A DNA stretch of 48,959 nucleotides from Clostridia bacterium (GCA_024404445.1 JAKSPY010000003.1:1-48959), one strand, 5' to 3'. Shown: positions 27,091-37,296, counted from the stretch's first letter. The notes: generated from the letters alone by a model not told the origin. Numbers and translations are program-made.

Positions 27091-28179
27091 TTATCTGATG
27101 TGCAGAATGACCTCGTTTGCGTACTCGTCGCCGTCGGACGTGTTATGCTCCAGCTCCGCGTATTGCTTATCGAGAATGGCGAGCGCGGTGGCGTTTTCGC
27201 TTGACCGAGGATCGAACGCGTCTTTGCCGTAACGGTATTTAGCGTATACAGTCTGTCTGTTTTCGTCGTATTCCACGCAGATGTATATTCTGTCGTCTTT
27301 GATTTCCGGTATTACGATCTGTGTCGTCAGTTCTTCCGTCGCCGCCAACAGTTTTCCCGTCAGCTCACGTGATATGCGGTTTGAGATGCAGAACTGCTCC
27401 ATGCCGTTTATGACCGCCGGGAAGTCAAAGCCCGTGCCGTCCGGCTTGTGCTCATAGACCTTGAGCTGTCGGATAAAGCGCCGTGTCAGTTCCTTTTGCG
27501 GATGGTCGAATATCTGCTCCGGCGTTCCGTCCTCGTATATTCCTCCGTTTGTGAGGAAAAGGACACGACTGCTGACATCCTTTGCAAATTTCAGCTCATG
27601 TGTGACGATAAGCATCGTCTTGCCCGTTTCGGCAAGGCGGCGTATGACCGATTGCACTTCGCCGACCATCGTCGGATCGAGCGCGCTTGTCGGCTCATCG
27701 AATAAAATGATATCGGGATCGGTGGACAGCGTCCTCGCTATTGCCACACGTTGCTTCTGACCGCCGGACAGCATATGGGGGTATTGCATTGCGCGCCCGT
27801 CAAGACCCACCAACCTCAGAAGCTCCATTGCCTTATTGTACGCCGTCTGTCTGTCAGCACCCAACAGGTCGATCTGCGGCATCATCACGTTTTCTATTAC
27901 GGTGAGATGACCGAAAAGATTGAAAGATTGGAATACCATGCCCATTTTTTTGCGTACCGCACTCAGATTGCATTTCTTATCCGTTACGCAGATGCCGTCC
28001 ACGATGATCGAGCCGGACGTCGGCGTTTCCAGACGGTTGATGCAACGGATGAATGTTGATTTACCCGTACCGGACGGACCGATGACGGAAACGACCTCTC
28101 CGTCGTTGATCGTCACGTTCATATCCTCTATCGGGGTTGCCGCGGCGTAAGCCTTGCGAAGGTGTTTTACCTCTATCAT
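27091..28179 (-). CDS. Polar amino-acid ABC ATPase (GlnQ-like) with a C-terminal extension of about 120 aa
   Basis: GPSGTGKST, GMVFQSFNLF, LSGGQKQR, FDEPTSALDP; extra tail after ELTRRFIRQL. Confidence 0.9.
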   Translation of the reverse strand: MIEVKHLRKAYAAATPIEDMNVTINDGEVVSVIGPSGTGKSTFIRCINRLETPTSGSIIVDGICVTDKKCNLSAVRKKMGMVFQSFNLFGHLTVIENVMMPQIDLLGADRQTAYNKAMELLRLVGLDGRAMQYPHMLSGGQKQRVAIARTLSTDPDIILFDEPTSALDPTMVGEVQSVIRRLAETGKTMLIVTHELKFAKDVSSRVLFLTNGGIYEDGTPEQIFDHPQKELTRRFIRQLKVYEHKPDGTGFDFPAVINGMEQFCISNRISRELTGKLLAATEELTTQIVIPEIKDDRIYICVEYDENRQTVYAKYRYGKDAFDPRSSENATALAILDKQYAELEHNTSDGDEYANEVILHIR

Positions 28180-30437
28180 TTCGTTGTCACTCCCTTCAGA
28201 AGGCGGATCTTTTTACGTGATGTGGGATTGATGTTCAGCTCTATGCGCTTTACCAGCGACGACGTGATCACTGCCATCAGAAAATACAGTATCGCCGTGA
28301 CGATAAGCGGGAAAAATGCCTCAAACGTTCTGCTTCTGACGATATCGCTGACCTTTGTCAGATCCTGCACCGCGATGTATCCCACGATGGCGGTGCCTTT
28401 TATCAGCTGTACGATCGCGCTCTTATACCCGGGCAGGAAATGGATGGCCGCCTGCGGCAGGATCACCTTCATAAAAGCGCGGCCTTCCGTGTAACCGAGC
28501 GCCAACGCGGCCTCTCGCTGACCGCCATCGACGGCATCGACGCCGACCTTCATGACACCGACTACCGAGCCTGCAAAGATCAGCGTGAACCCGATAATCG
28601 ACACGATCGTGCCGCTGATGACCACATGACCGAAAATGATGTAGTACAGTATCATCAGAATAACGACGACGGGCGTATTCTCCGTGATGCGCATGAGGAT
28701 ATTTATGAACTTACGGTATATTTTGCCCGAACGGTAGTAAATGAGATATGCCGCAAAGCCTACCGTCGTTCCGAACAGAAGGGACAGCACGACGACCGAC
28801 AGCGTGGTGCCCATGCCGGAAAAGAAGAGCAGGTAGCGCTTTTCACGAATGAAGGTTTTATCAAAGCTTTCGGCTATCGAGGTGAAAAACGCCGACAGAT
28901 CGGTATGTGACTCCGTTGGGTTGTCATCAACGGTCACCGCGATACCGCCTGAATAATAAGGATCGGAGAAGAGCATCGTTTCCTTTCGTTCTTCCGTTAT
29001 TGAGCTACAGCAGGCGCCGAAATCGCATTTGCCCACGGTAAGGTTGTTGAACATTCCTGCCAGATCGCAGTCCATTATTTTCAGATCGTAACCGTACGCA
29101 CGGCAGAACCTTACAGCCAGATCCACGTCGTACCCCGCATAGGCATTATCCTTTATGTATATGAACGGTGCGCCGACGATAGAATCCGTCACCATGGTGA
29201 GGGTGCCGTTTTCGCCGGTCAGACCCTCAAAGTTCACCTTTTGTTTTTCGTGATCCGCGCCTAACCAAATTTCACGCATATCATCAAAAGTGCCGTCCTC
29301 ACGACACTGTGCAAAAAATTCATTGGCATCATTGCGCAGCTTTTCGCTGTTTGCGTTCACTTTCGGTATTGCCCACGCATAGGATTCCTCCTTCAATAAC
29401 GTCAGTATCCTTTGTGACGTGTAATCATTTGTGAGCATACGCGCTATCGGCTCGTCGTTGATATAGGCGGCGAGCTTTCCCTTATTCAATGCAAGCGCCA
29501 GATCAGCATTACTGTTGAAATATTCGATCTTACACCCCGGGATCATTTCTTGCGCCACGACGTCGTACGCGGCTCCTGCCTGCGCGCCGATCCGGGCGCC
29601 TGCCAGCTGACTGATCGACGTGATCTTGTTTCCGGGGGTGGTGTCCTTTGCGACGAGCACGGTGCCGCCGACATAATCAGGATCGGAAAACAGTATACTT
29701 TTACTGCGCTCTTCAGTCACGGTGACACATCCGGCGCCGAAATCGCACTTGCCGCTGCTGACCATCGGAATGATCGTGTCAAAATTACCGTCTACGATGT
29801 CGATCCCGTATCCGTATTCGCGGCAAAAGAGCACGGCGATATCGATATCATATCCCGCGTACTGATTATCCTTGATATAGGAAAACGGTGCGCCCATACT
29901 TGTGGTGGTGGCAAATGAGAGCACCCCGTTTTTCGCGGTCAGTCCATCCATGTCGATGAATTTGACACTTTCATCTTTGCCAAACCATTTTGCGTCTGTT
30001 TTTTCTATTGTGCCGTCTTCCTTGCATTTCTTGAGAAATTCATTCATTTGCCGGCAAAGTTCCGAGCTTCTCGCGTCGTCCTTTTTGAATAGAAAGGCGT
30101 AACTGTCATCCGTAAACTGCTTAACGAATTTGTGACCGGTATACTCATCCGTCAATATCCGTCCGACAGGGCTGTCGGCAATATAGGCGTCGATTTTTCC
30201 CATTTCCAACGCCATAGCCATATCGGAGTTCGAGTTATAATACGAGATAACCGGGTTTTTGTACTCGGCGGTCGCGATATCGTCATGTACCGTACCCAAA
30301 AGGACGCCGATCCGCTTACCGTCGTAACTGACGACAGTCGGATCACTGTTATCGGACTTCTGCGACGTGCAGGAGCAGATCATCGGTATAAGCATTAACA
30401 CCAGCACAATAAGTGCGGCGGCTCTTTTTATGTGCAT
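28176..30437 (-). CDS. Amino-acid ABC transporter: lipoprotein with tandem permuted substrate-binding domains fused to a HisM-type permease
   Basis: AAGGAG RBS before ATG 30437; lipobox-like ICSC; two copies each of the GxRIG...WF/LG and APFxYIKDNxYAGYDxD...TEER...FSDP blocks; GQREAALALG and VILPQA permease motifs. Confidence 0.85.
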   Translation of the reverse strand: MHIKRAAALIVLVLMLIPMICSCTSQKSDNSDPTVVSYDGKRIGVLLGTVHDDIATAEYKNPVISYYNSNSDMAMALEMGKIDAYIADSPVGRILTDEYTGHKFVKQFTDDSYAFLFKKDDARSSELCRQMNEFLKKCKEDGTIEKTDAKWFGKDESVKFIDMDGLTAKNGVLSFATTTSMGAPFSYIKDNQYAGYDIDIAVLFCREYGYGIDIVDGNFDTIIPMVSSGKCDFGAGCVTVTEERSKSILFSDPDYVGGTVLVAKDTTPGNKITSISQLAGARIGAQAGAAYDVVAQEMIPGCKIEYFNSNADLALALNKGKLAAYINDEPIARMLTNDYTSQRILTLLKEESYAWAIPKVNANSEKLRNDANEFFAQCREDGTFDDMREIWLGADHEKQKVNFEGLTGENGTLTMVTDSIVGAPFIYIKDNAYAGYDVDLAVRFCRAYGYDLKIMDCDLAGMFNNLTVGKCDFGACCSSITEERKETMLFSDPYYSGGIAVTVDDNPTESHTDLSAFFTSIAESFDKTFIREKRYLLFFSGMGTTLSVVVLSLLFGTTVGFAAYLIYYRSGKIYRKFINILMRITENTPVVVILMILYYIIFGHVVISGTIVSIIGFTLIFAGSVVGVMKVGVDAVDGGQREAALALGYTEGRAFMKVILPQAAIHFLPGYKSAIVQLIKGTAIVGYIAVQDLTKVSDIVRSRTFEAFFPLIVTAILYFLMAVITSSLVKRIELNINPTSRKKIRLLKGVTTK

Positions 30438-30543
30438 TGTCGTTCTCCTTTGGCTTTTTGTCCGCGGTTTTTGACCTGTATGCGACGGACAAAGGAAGGT
30501 TGGGGTGCCAAATATTTTCAATTCTGATATTTTAACGAATACT

Positions 30544-30572
30544 ATACTATCACACGCGGATGCCGTTGTCAA
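30544..30572 (-). promoter_or_regulatory. SigA promoter for the amino-acid ABC operon
   Basis: Minus strand TTGACA-N17-TAGTAT with extended TG. Confidence 0.6.
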
Positions 30573-30800
30573 TAGCGCAAAGGGCATCACGGCAGGCCGG
30601 GATACGCGATTTGACTGCTTTATCGCGATTTTTTGTCGGTTGAAGGGGAAATTTAACAAAAACGCTGAAAATCCGATTGACTTTTTCATAGATTAGTTAT
30701 AATATTATATACGGAAATATATCGGATGGCGCGGCTGACATACTGCACTTACAATATTGCCTGTCGCCATGACGAAAAAGAAATATACGGAGGCACAACC

Positions 30801-31358
30801 ATGAAAGAATTTTACAGAATGAAGATCGCAGGCGTCGAAAGGGATCTGCCGCTTTGCCCGCTGAACGATAAGCTGAAGATCGCCGCGTTCGTTATTTTCG
30901 GCGACGTTGAGCTGACGGTAAAATCGGCGGAAGCACTCAGCAAACTCTTGCCGGAGCACGATATCATGATCACGGCTGAAAGCAAGGGCATTCCGCTTAT
31001 TCACGAAATGGCGCGTCAGACCGGCGAAAACGAATACATCGTCGCCAGAAAGCGCGCAAAGCTGTATATGAAGGACGTATTTACGGTCAACGTGAATTCC
31101 ATTACGACGTCCGGCGCGCAGACGCTGTGCATTGACGGAAAGGATAAAGAGAAAATGACCGGCAAAAGGGTCGTCATCATCGATGACGTCATCAGCACGG
31201 GTGAGTCGTTGCTCGCGCTGGAAAAGCTGGTAGAGCAGGCCGGCGGCGAAATAGTCGGAAAGATGGCGATCCTCGCAGAGGGCGACGCTAAGGATCGCAA
31301 GGATATCACATACCTTTCGTATCTGCCGTTGTTTGATGCCGAAGGGAACGAAATCTGA
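30801..31358 (+). CDS. apt: Purine phosphoribosyltransferase (adenine PRT-like)
   Basis: GGAGG RBS before ATG 30801; TAESKGIP, ARK, PRPP motif VVIIDDVISTGES. Confidence 0.75.
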   Translation: MKEFYRMKIAGVERDLPLCPLNDKLKIAAFVIFGDVELTVKSAEALSKLLPEHDIMITAESKGIPLIHEMARQTGENEYIVARKRAKLYMKDVFTVNVNSITTSGAQTLCIDGKDKEKMTGKRVVIIDDVISTGESLLALEKLVEQAGGEIVGKMAILAEGDAKDRKDITYLSYLPLFDAEGNEI

Positions 31359-31374
31359 TTAGGAGGATTCCGCA

Positions 31375-32781
31375 ATGATCAATGTCGAATACAAATTCAA
31401 CGCTTTTATCGATGCCGCCGCAAGTGATATGGTTGCGGCTCTGTCGCGTCTGGTCAGCATACCCAGCGTAAGATCGGAGTCAAAACCGGGTTGCCCGTTC
31501 GGTGAAAACACCGTCAGGGTGCTGAATGAAATGCTGAGCATGGCGGAAAAAATGGGATTTACGGTCAACAATGTCGATAACTACGTCGGCACGATCGACT
31601 ATTATCCGGACAGAGAGCCGACGTTGGGCATCATGTGCCATCTGGACGTAGTGCCCGCCGACGGTATAGGCTGGAACACGCCCCCGTACATTCTGACTTT
31701 GAGCGGAGGTAAGCTTTACGGTCGCGGCACAATGGACGATAAGGGTCCCGCCGTTGCCGTGCTTTACGCCATGTATATGCTGAAACAGCTCGGCGTGAAG
31801 CTGAAGGAGAACGTCCGCCTCATCGTCGGGACTAACGAGGAAAACGGATCGGGCGATATAGTGTATTACAGAAGAAAGGCCAAATTGCCGCCACGCGTAT
31901 TCACGCCGGACGCGACCTTCCCCGTCATCAATATCGAAAAGGGTATGATACGCGGCGAATTCACGCGTGAGATCGTCAGCGAGGGCGAAAAGTCGATCGT
32001 CTCGTTGAATGCAGGGACAGTCGTGAACGCGGTGCCCGCGTCTGCCGAGGCGATCGTCAGAGGCTTTGACGTTGCGGCCGTCACCGCGGCATCCGAAAAG
32101 GCGCCGCAGGAGGTCAGCTATAAGGTCGATCAGCTTGACGACGCACAGGTGAAGATCACCGTGACGGGCGTCAGCGCCCACGCTTCATGGCCGAAATCGG
32201 GTAAAAACGCTCTGACCGCGCTTCTGGTCCTGCTGTCAAACCTCAAGACCGATGACGCGACGGCAAAGGAGTTTGCCAATATCACTAAGGTATTCTCGCA
32301 CGGCGACGTAACGGGCGAAAAGCTGGGCATAGTCTGCTCGGACGAAAAAAGCGGCGCGCTGTCGTTCGTCCACAGCGTCGCAAAATACGACGGCAAAAAG
32401 TACGTCGGTGATTTCGATATCAGATTCCCTCTGTGCGAAAGCGTGGACGGCATACGCACAAAGATCGAAAAGAAGGTATCGAAGTACGGCATAGACGTAA
32501 AGATCCTGTCGGGCGTCGAGCCTCACGAGGTAGACGCGGATTCACCGTTCATCAAGGAACTGTTGGACTCATACACCGCGGTGACCAAGAAGGCAGGCAC
32601 GTGCCTCGCCATCGGCGGCGGCACATACGTGCACGACATACCCGGCGGCGTAGCATTCGGTGCCGAATCACGCGGTGAGTCGAATAATGTTCACGGTGCC
32701 AATGAGCATATTTCGTTGGATAAGCTGAAAGAGATCACAAAAATCTACGCAACGGCCATCTATCGCCTGTGCGGGAAATAA
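31375..32781 (+). CDS. pepV: M20 family dipeptidase (PepV/Sapep-like)
   Basis: CHLDVVP, GRGTMDDKGP, GTNEENG, TPDATFP, GGGTY, HGANE. Confidence 0.85.
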   Translation: MINVEYKFNAFIDAAASDMVAALSRLVSIPSVRSESKPGCPFGENTVRVLNEMLSMAEKMGFTVNNVDNYVGTIDYYPDREPTLGIMCHLDVVPADGIGWNTPPYILTLSGGKLYGRGTMDDKGPAVAVLYAMYMLKQLGVKLKENVRLIVGTNEENGSGDIVYYRRKAKLPPRVFTPDATFPVINIEKGMIRGEFTREIVSEGEKSIVSLNAGTVVNAVPASAEAIVRGFDVAAVTAASEKAPQEVSYKVDQLDDAQVKITVTGVSAHASWPKSGKNALTALLVLLSNLKTDDATAKEFANITKVFSHGDVTGEKLGIVCSDEKSGALSFVHSVAKYDGKKYVGDFDIRFPLCESVDGIRTKIEKKVSKYGIDVKILSGVEPHEVDADSPFIKELLDSYTAVTKKAGTCLAIGGGTYVHDIPGGVAFGAESRGESNNVHGANEHISLDKLKEITKIYATAIYRLCGK

Positions 32782-32844
32782 TCCGGTTGATACGGTTTTA
32801 CCGCCTGACGTACGATATCACCATAAAGAAAGTTGACCGCAAAT

Positions 32845-33324
32845 ATGACAGACTATAAGCAGGAAGATATTTATACCGAATATCATGACAAGGTCTTCGG
32901 ATATATTCACAACCGCATCGCGTCATGGCACGATGCGGAGGATATCTGCGCCGACGTTTTCGTAAAGGTGTTTTCACATCTCGACAGCTTTGACGAAACG
33001 AAGGCTTCACTGTCCACGTGGATATATACCATCACGCGCAACACACTTCGCGACCGATACCGCACGACACACGTTTCCGATCAGCTGGATGACAGCTCGT
33101 CGGGGGATGATGATTTTGTTGACGATATATGCAAAAGTGAGTCACTGCAACAGTTGGCGGACGCGCTGGAAAAGTTGGACGACCGTCAACGCGATATCGT
33201 CATATTGCATTATTATTCCGGTAAGACGCTGTTGCAGATAGCGGATCATATGTCACTGTCGTACAGTTATGTAAAGGTACTGCACAATAAAGCTTTGGCA
33301 AACCTGAAGGTATTATTCGGTTGA
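32845..33324 (+). CDS. ECF (group 4) sigma-70 factor with no adjacent anti-sigma
   Basis: Region 2 DAEDICADVF...LSTWIYTITRN; region 4 LDDRQRDIVILHYYSGKTLLQIADHM. Confidence 0.9.
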   Translation: MTDYKQEDIYTEYHDKVFGYIHNRIASWHDAEDICADVFVKVFSHLDSFDETKASLSTWIYTITRNTLRDRYRTTHVSDQLDDSSSGDDDFVDDICKSESLQQLADALEKLDDRQRDIVILHYYSGKTLLQIADHMSLSYSYVKVLHNKALANLKVLFG

Positions 33325-33349
33325 CGCACAGACAAAAAGGAGTAATGAT

Positions 33350-34060
33350 ATGAGCATACCAACACCGCATATTTCGGCGTCGGCAGGCGATTTCGCCAAA
33401 ACCGTGCTTTTGCCGGGCGACCCGAAAAGATCAAAATTCATCGCCGACAATTTTTTAAGCGACGCACGCCTCGTCAATGACGTCCGCGGCGTTCAGGGCT
33501 ATACCGGGTTTTATAACGGTAAGCGCGTATCGGTGATGGCCACGGGCATGGGTCAGCCCGCCATCGGCATCTATTCGTATGAACTGTACAATTTCTACGG
33601 CGTAGAGAACATAATCAGGGTCGGCTCGTGCGGCAGTCTTTTGCCCGATCTGCACGTGCGCGACATCGTAATAGCGCAGGGCGCCTGCACCGACAGCAAT
33701 TATATGGCGCAATACAGACTGCCCGGTACGTTTTGCCCGATAGGTGATTTCGGCCTTATCACAAGGGCCGTCGCGGAGTGCGAAAAGCTCGGCGTGAATT
33801 ATAAGGTCGGCAATGTACTGTCGTCGGATTGCTTCTATCCTGACAACGGCGCTACGCTCGATTGGGCGAAAATGGGCGTCATGGCGGTGGAAATGGAGTC
33901 CGCGGCACTGTACTGCAATGCGGCGCGTGCCGGCAAAAAGGCACTGTGTATCTGCACGGTCAGCGATTCGCTGGTGCACCCTGAGGAAAACGTCGACTCT
34001 GAGCAAAGGCAGAATTCATTTACTCAGATGATGAAGATCGCACTTGAAACAGCAGAATAA
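33350..34060 (+). CDS. deoD: Purine-nucleoside phosphorylase
   Basis: TPHI, LLPGDPKR, GMGQPAIGIY, IIRVGSCG, VEMESAALY, TVSD. Confidence 0.95.
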   Translation: MSIPTPHISASAGDFAKTVLLPGDPKRSKFIADNFLSDARLVNDVRGVQGYTGFYNGKRVSVMATGMGQPAIGIYSYELYNFYGVENIIRVGSCGSLLPDLHVRDIVIAQGACTDSNYMAQYRLPGTFCPIGDFGLITRAVAECEKLGVNYKVGNVLSSDCFYPDNGATLDWAKMGVMAVEMESAALYCNAARAGKKALCICTVSDSLVHPEENVDSEQRQNSFTQMMKIALETAE

Positions 34061-34102
34061 ACGTATATTCCGGACCCAATTCGGCAAAAAGGATGTCATG
34101 CG

Positions 34103-34861
34103 ATGAAAAAAGAGATAATAAGGGCTGAACACCTCGTTAAAAGCTTTCAGACGGAAAGCGGGACGCAGACGATACTGAACGATATCGACCTGTCGGTCTA
34201 TGAGGGCGATTTTACCGTCATTATGGGCGCAAGCGGTAGCGGAAAGTCCACGTTACTGTATAACCTTTCCGGTATGGATACGGTGACGGGCGGTCATGTT
34301 TATTTCGGCGAAACGGATATCGTGGGTTTGTCATCTGATCAGATGTCGCTGTTCAGAAGAGAGCACTGCGGTTTTATTTTTCAGCAGATATGTCTGATAA
34401 ATTCCATGACGGTGCTCAATAACGTACTCGCGGCCGGGTTGCTGAAAAAGGCAGACAAAAAGGAATTGGCCGCGCGGGCAAAGGAATTATTGACTGCGGT
34501 CGAGGTGGAGGAGCATACGTGGAGCAAATATCCGGCGCAGATTTCCGGCGGCAAAGCACAGCGCGTCGGCATAGTACGTGCGCTGATAAATCACCCGGAG
34601 GTGCTGTTTGCCGATGAGCCGACGGGCTCATTGAATTCCAAAACGGGTACCGAGGTGCTTGACCTGTTTACCGGATTCAACCTTGAGGGGCAAACCGTCG
34701 TCATGGTGACGCACGATATCAAAAGCGCGCTGAGAGGCAACCGTGTGTTGTATCTGAAGGACGGCAAGATCGTCGATGAGCTTGACCTCGGCGCATACGA
34801 CCCGGACGACTCGACAAGAAAAGAGAAGCTGGACCGTTTTTTGGGTGAAATGAAATGGTAA
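34103..34861 (+). CDS. MacB/LolD-type ABC ATPase
   Basis: GASGSGKST, ISGGKAQRV, FADEPTGSLN, MVTHD. Confidence 0.9.
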   Translation: MKKEIIRAEHLVKSFQTESGTQTILNDIDLSVYEGDFTVIMGASGSGKSTLLYNLSGMDTVTGGHVYFGETDIVGLSSDQMSLFRREHCGFIFQQICLINSMTVLNNVLAAGLLKKADKKELAARAKELLTAVEVEEHTWSKYPAQISGGKAQRVGIVRALINHPEVLFADEPTGSLNSKTGTEVLDLFTGFNLEGQTVVMVTHDIKSALRGNRVLYLKDGKIVDELDLGAYDPDDSTRKEKLDRFLGEMKW

Positions 34862-37203
34862 GCAAGACCGATCTGATCATCCGATCGAATATAAAAAAAT
34901 CACACAGACAGCTGATCGCGGTCATTTGCCTGATGATCTTATCGTCGTTACTCATGAATGCGGTATTCATCCTGCAATTCGATTATAATCAGACCTTTGA
35001 CCGTGACCGCGAATTGACAAATTCCATGGATTTCCGACTGTCATACATAAATCTGTCAGGTATGGATCAGTATGCGATATTGTCGGATTATCTTGCCGGC
35101 GATGAGAGAATAGCTGAATATGAGATCGACGAGGTCTGCATGGGCGACGGAGATGCGGAGTTTGCCGATGGATCGGTAAGCTCATTGATCGTGCTTGACA
35201 AATATTCATCGGCCATGGCGAATGGCATTGATCGTTACGAGATAATCGAGGAGGACGAAAGCGTCGCCGACGGCGTTTACGCCGGATATTTATTCAAGGC
35301 GGCAGGTATGAAAACGGGCGATTTGTGCCATGTGTCGATCGGCAAAGATTCATTCGTATTCCGGATAAAAGGCTTTTATAACAGTCCTGTGATCGGAACA
35401 GTGAACTGCGGCGGCATCGCCTATATCGTCAGCGACGGTCTGTACGATGAGCTGACGGCGGATAAGCCCGTATCGTATCTGATAAAGGTGATATGCCGTG
35501 ATAAAAACGAGGTCGTGAACGTATACGTAGACACGGCCGATGCGATCGGGTCAATGAATATGGGCGGATATATTTCACATTCCGCTTTTCCTGATGATAT
35601 CGGTACCTCACGATACTCCAATTCCAATATTTTCCGGATAGTGCTTATGATCGCGGCCGTCACAATGACGATAATCATGCTGGCGATCATCGCGATCGTC
35701 ATATCAAATTACGTGAATGATAACATCAGATCATTCGGCACGATGAAGGCTGTCGGCTATACGTCGCGAATGCTGATAGTGCCGTTATTGATCGAGGTCG
35801 GGGCGATGTGTCTGATATCGGGCATGATCGGTACGGCAGCGTCATACGCCGTTTTCCCCATCATCAACAAGGCGCTGGAGTCGCAGGTGGGCATACCGTA
35901 TGAGATACGCTTTTTGCCTCTGCCGTGTCTGATGAGCGTCGCCATATGCGAGATCACCTCTGTTATCAGCGCGTTTTTATCGGTACGCAGGATCAGAAGC
36001 ATTTCGTCCGTCAATGCGATACGTGACGTACGGGAGGTCTCCGGCAGGGTGATTGACGTGCTGAGGCTGGACAGGTCGGCGATCGGCGTCAATTCCGCGA
36101 TCGGGCTCAACTCCGCGCTGAAATCCGTATCGCGCGGCATGATACTGTTTTTTACTTTCGTCGGCATATCGTTCTTGCTCAGCTTTTCGCTGTTCATTTA
36201 TCAGAATTTCATAGTCGATAATACGGCTGTCGTCAAGGTGATCTGCGGTGAGATACCGAATTATATCGTCAGCGTGGATAAGGCCGACGAAACCGATTTG
36301 ACGGAATTCCTCGATTCCCATCCGATGGTGGAAAACCACTACTTTTTCACGATGGAGGAACAAATCCCCGTCGGGAGTCTGCCCGTCATAGAATTTTACG
36401 GGATCGAAAAGAACGGCTTCGTGACGACACTTGATTATTTGCTGGTAGATGGTGCGTTCCCGCAAAACGATAATGAGATCACACTGAATAAATTATATGC
36501 CGAAACAAACGGCATAAAGCTGAATGATGAGCTGCGATTCGCCAATGAAAACGGTGAATTCGTCTATCGCGTCGTCGGCTTCAATCAGGGAGCGTCGAGA
36601 GGCGGCACCGAGGGCTATATCCTTCGTGCCGGATTGGAAAAGATCAGCACCTCACACGGTGCTTCGTATAACGTGTTCCTGCATAACGTCGGTGATGAGG
36701 AGGAATTCAGATCGGACGTCATGACGAATTGCCCGATACTGTATTTGCAGAACAGCCGCGAGAATGTTTCCAGCATGGTCAATATGTATATGCTGATATT
36801 GATCGTTTTGGCTATCGTTCTGTGCATCGTCAGTGTGCTGGTCGTCGTGTTCGTGTTGTACGTGCTTCTGTCATTGCTGTTGAATAACAAAAGGCGTGAG
36901 CACGGAATTCTGAAGGCGATCGGCTTTACGACGTGGGATGTCGTCATCCAGACCGAAACCGCCATACTGCCATTCTGCGTTTTCGGCTCGGCCGTCGGAC
37001 TGATCTGCTCCAAAAATCTGGTCGGAGAGCTGATCAGCGTGGCACTGAATTCGATCGGTATATACGATTTCGGCGGCCCGCTGAAATTGGTCTATCTGCT
37101 GATACTGTGGATAGTGCAGTCGGTCTTTGCGGCGGGCCTTATCGCACTGCTGTGCCGCCCCGTTTCCAAAATCAGCACACATGAGCTGTTCAACAGGGAA
37201 TAA
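34855..37203 (+). CDS. FtsX-like ABC permease with two repeats (MacB-type peptide export/resistance)
   Basis: Two extracytoplasmic domain plus TM blocks with FGTMKAVGYT and HGILKAIGFT. Confidence 0.85.
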   Translation: MVSKTDLIIRSNIKKSHRQLIAVICLMILSSLLMNAVFILQFDYNQTFDRDRELTNSMDFRLSYINLSGMDQYAILSDYLAGDERIAEYEIDEVCMGDGDAEFADGSVSSLIVLDKYSSAMANGIDRYEIIEEDESVADGVYAGYLFKAAGMKTGDLCHVSIGKDSFVFRIKGFYNSPVIGTVNCGGIAYIVSDGLYDELTADKPVSYLIKVICRDKNEVVNVYVDTADAIGSMNMGGYISHSAFPDDIGTSRYSNSNIFRIVLMIAAVTMTIIMLAIIAIVISNYVNDNIRSFGTMKAVGYTSRMLIVPLLIEVGAMCLISGMIGTAASYAVFPIINKALESQVGIPYEIRFLPLPCLMSVAICEITSVISAFLSVRRIRSISSVNAIRDVREVSGRVIDVLRLDRSAIGVNSAIGLNSALKSVSRGMILFFTFVGISFLLSFSLFIYQNFIVDNTAVVKVICGEIPNYIVSVDKADETDLTEFLDSHPMVENHYFFTMEEQIPVGSLPVIEFYGIEKNGFVTTLDYLLVDGAFPQNDNEITLNKLYAETNGIKLNDELRFANENGEFVYRVVGFNQGASRGGTEGYILRAGLEKISTSHGASYNVFLHNVGDEEEFRSDVMTNCPILYLQNSRENVSSMVNMYMLILIVLAIVLCIVSVLVVVFVLYVLLSLLLNNKRREHGILKAIGFTTWDVVIQTETAILPFCVFGSAVGLICSKNLVGELISVALNSIGIYDFGGPLKLVYLLILWIVQSVFAAGLIALLCRPVSKISTHELFNRE

Positions 37204-37267
37204 TGGATACGCCGAACTGTAAAAATGTGTAATTTGTCGTTTTTTACCGGATAAACGGTCAATTTAC

Positions 37268-37296
37268 TTGATTATTTTTTGTCAATGTGATAGAAT
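37268..37296 (+). promoter_or_regulatory. SigA promoter
   Basis: TTGATT-N17-TAGAAT with extended TG. Confidence 0.6.

Noticed and set aside
30438-30689. 84-aa N-terminal extension of the SBP-permease ORF
   Set aside because: It spans divergent promoters; the signal peptide and RBS place the start at 30437
34540-34566. Non-canonical ABC signature ISGGK
   Set aside because: A single substitution with all other motifs intact; not enough to infer altered function
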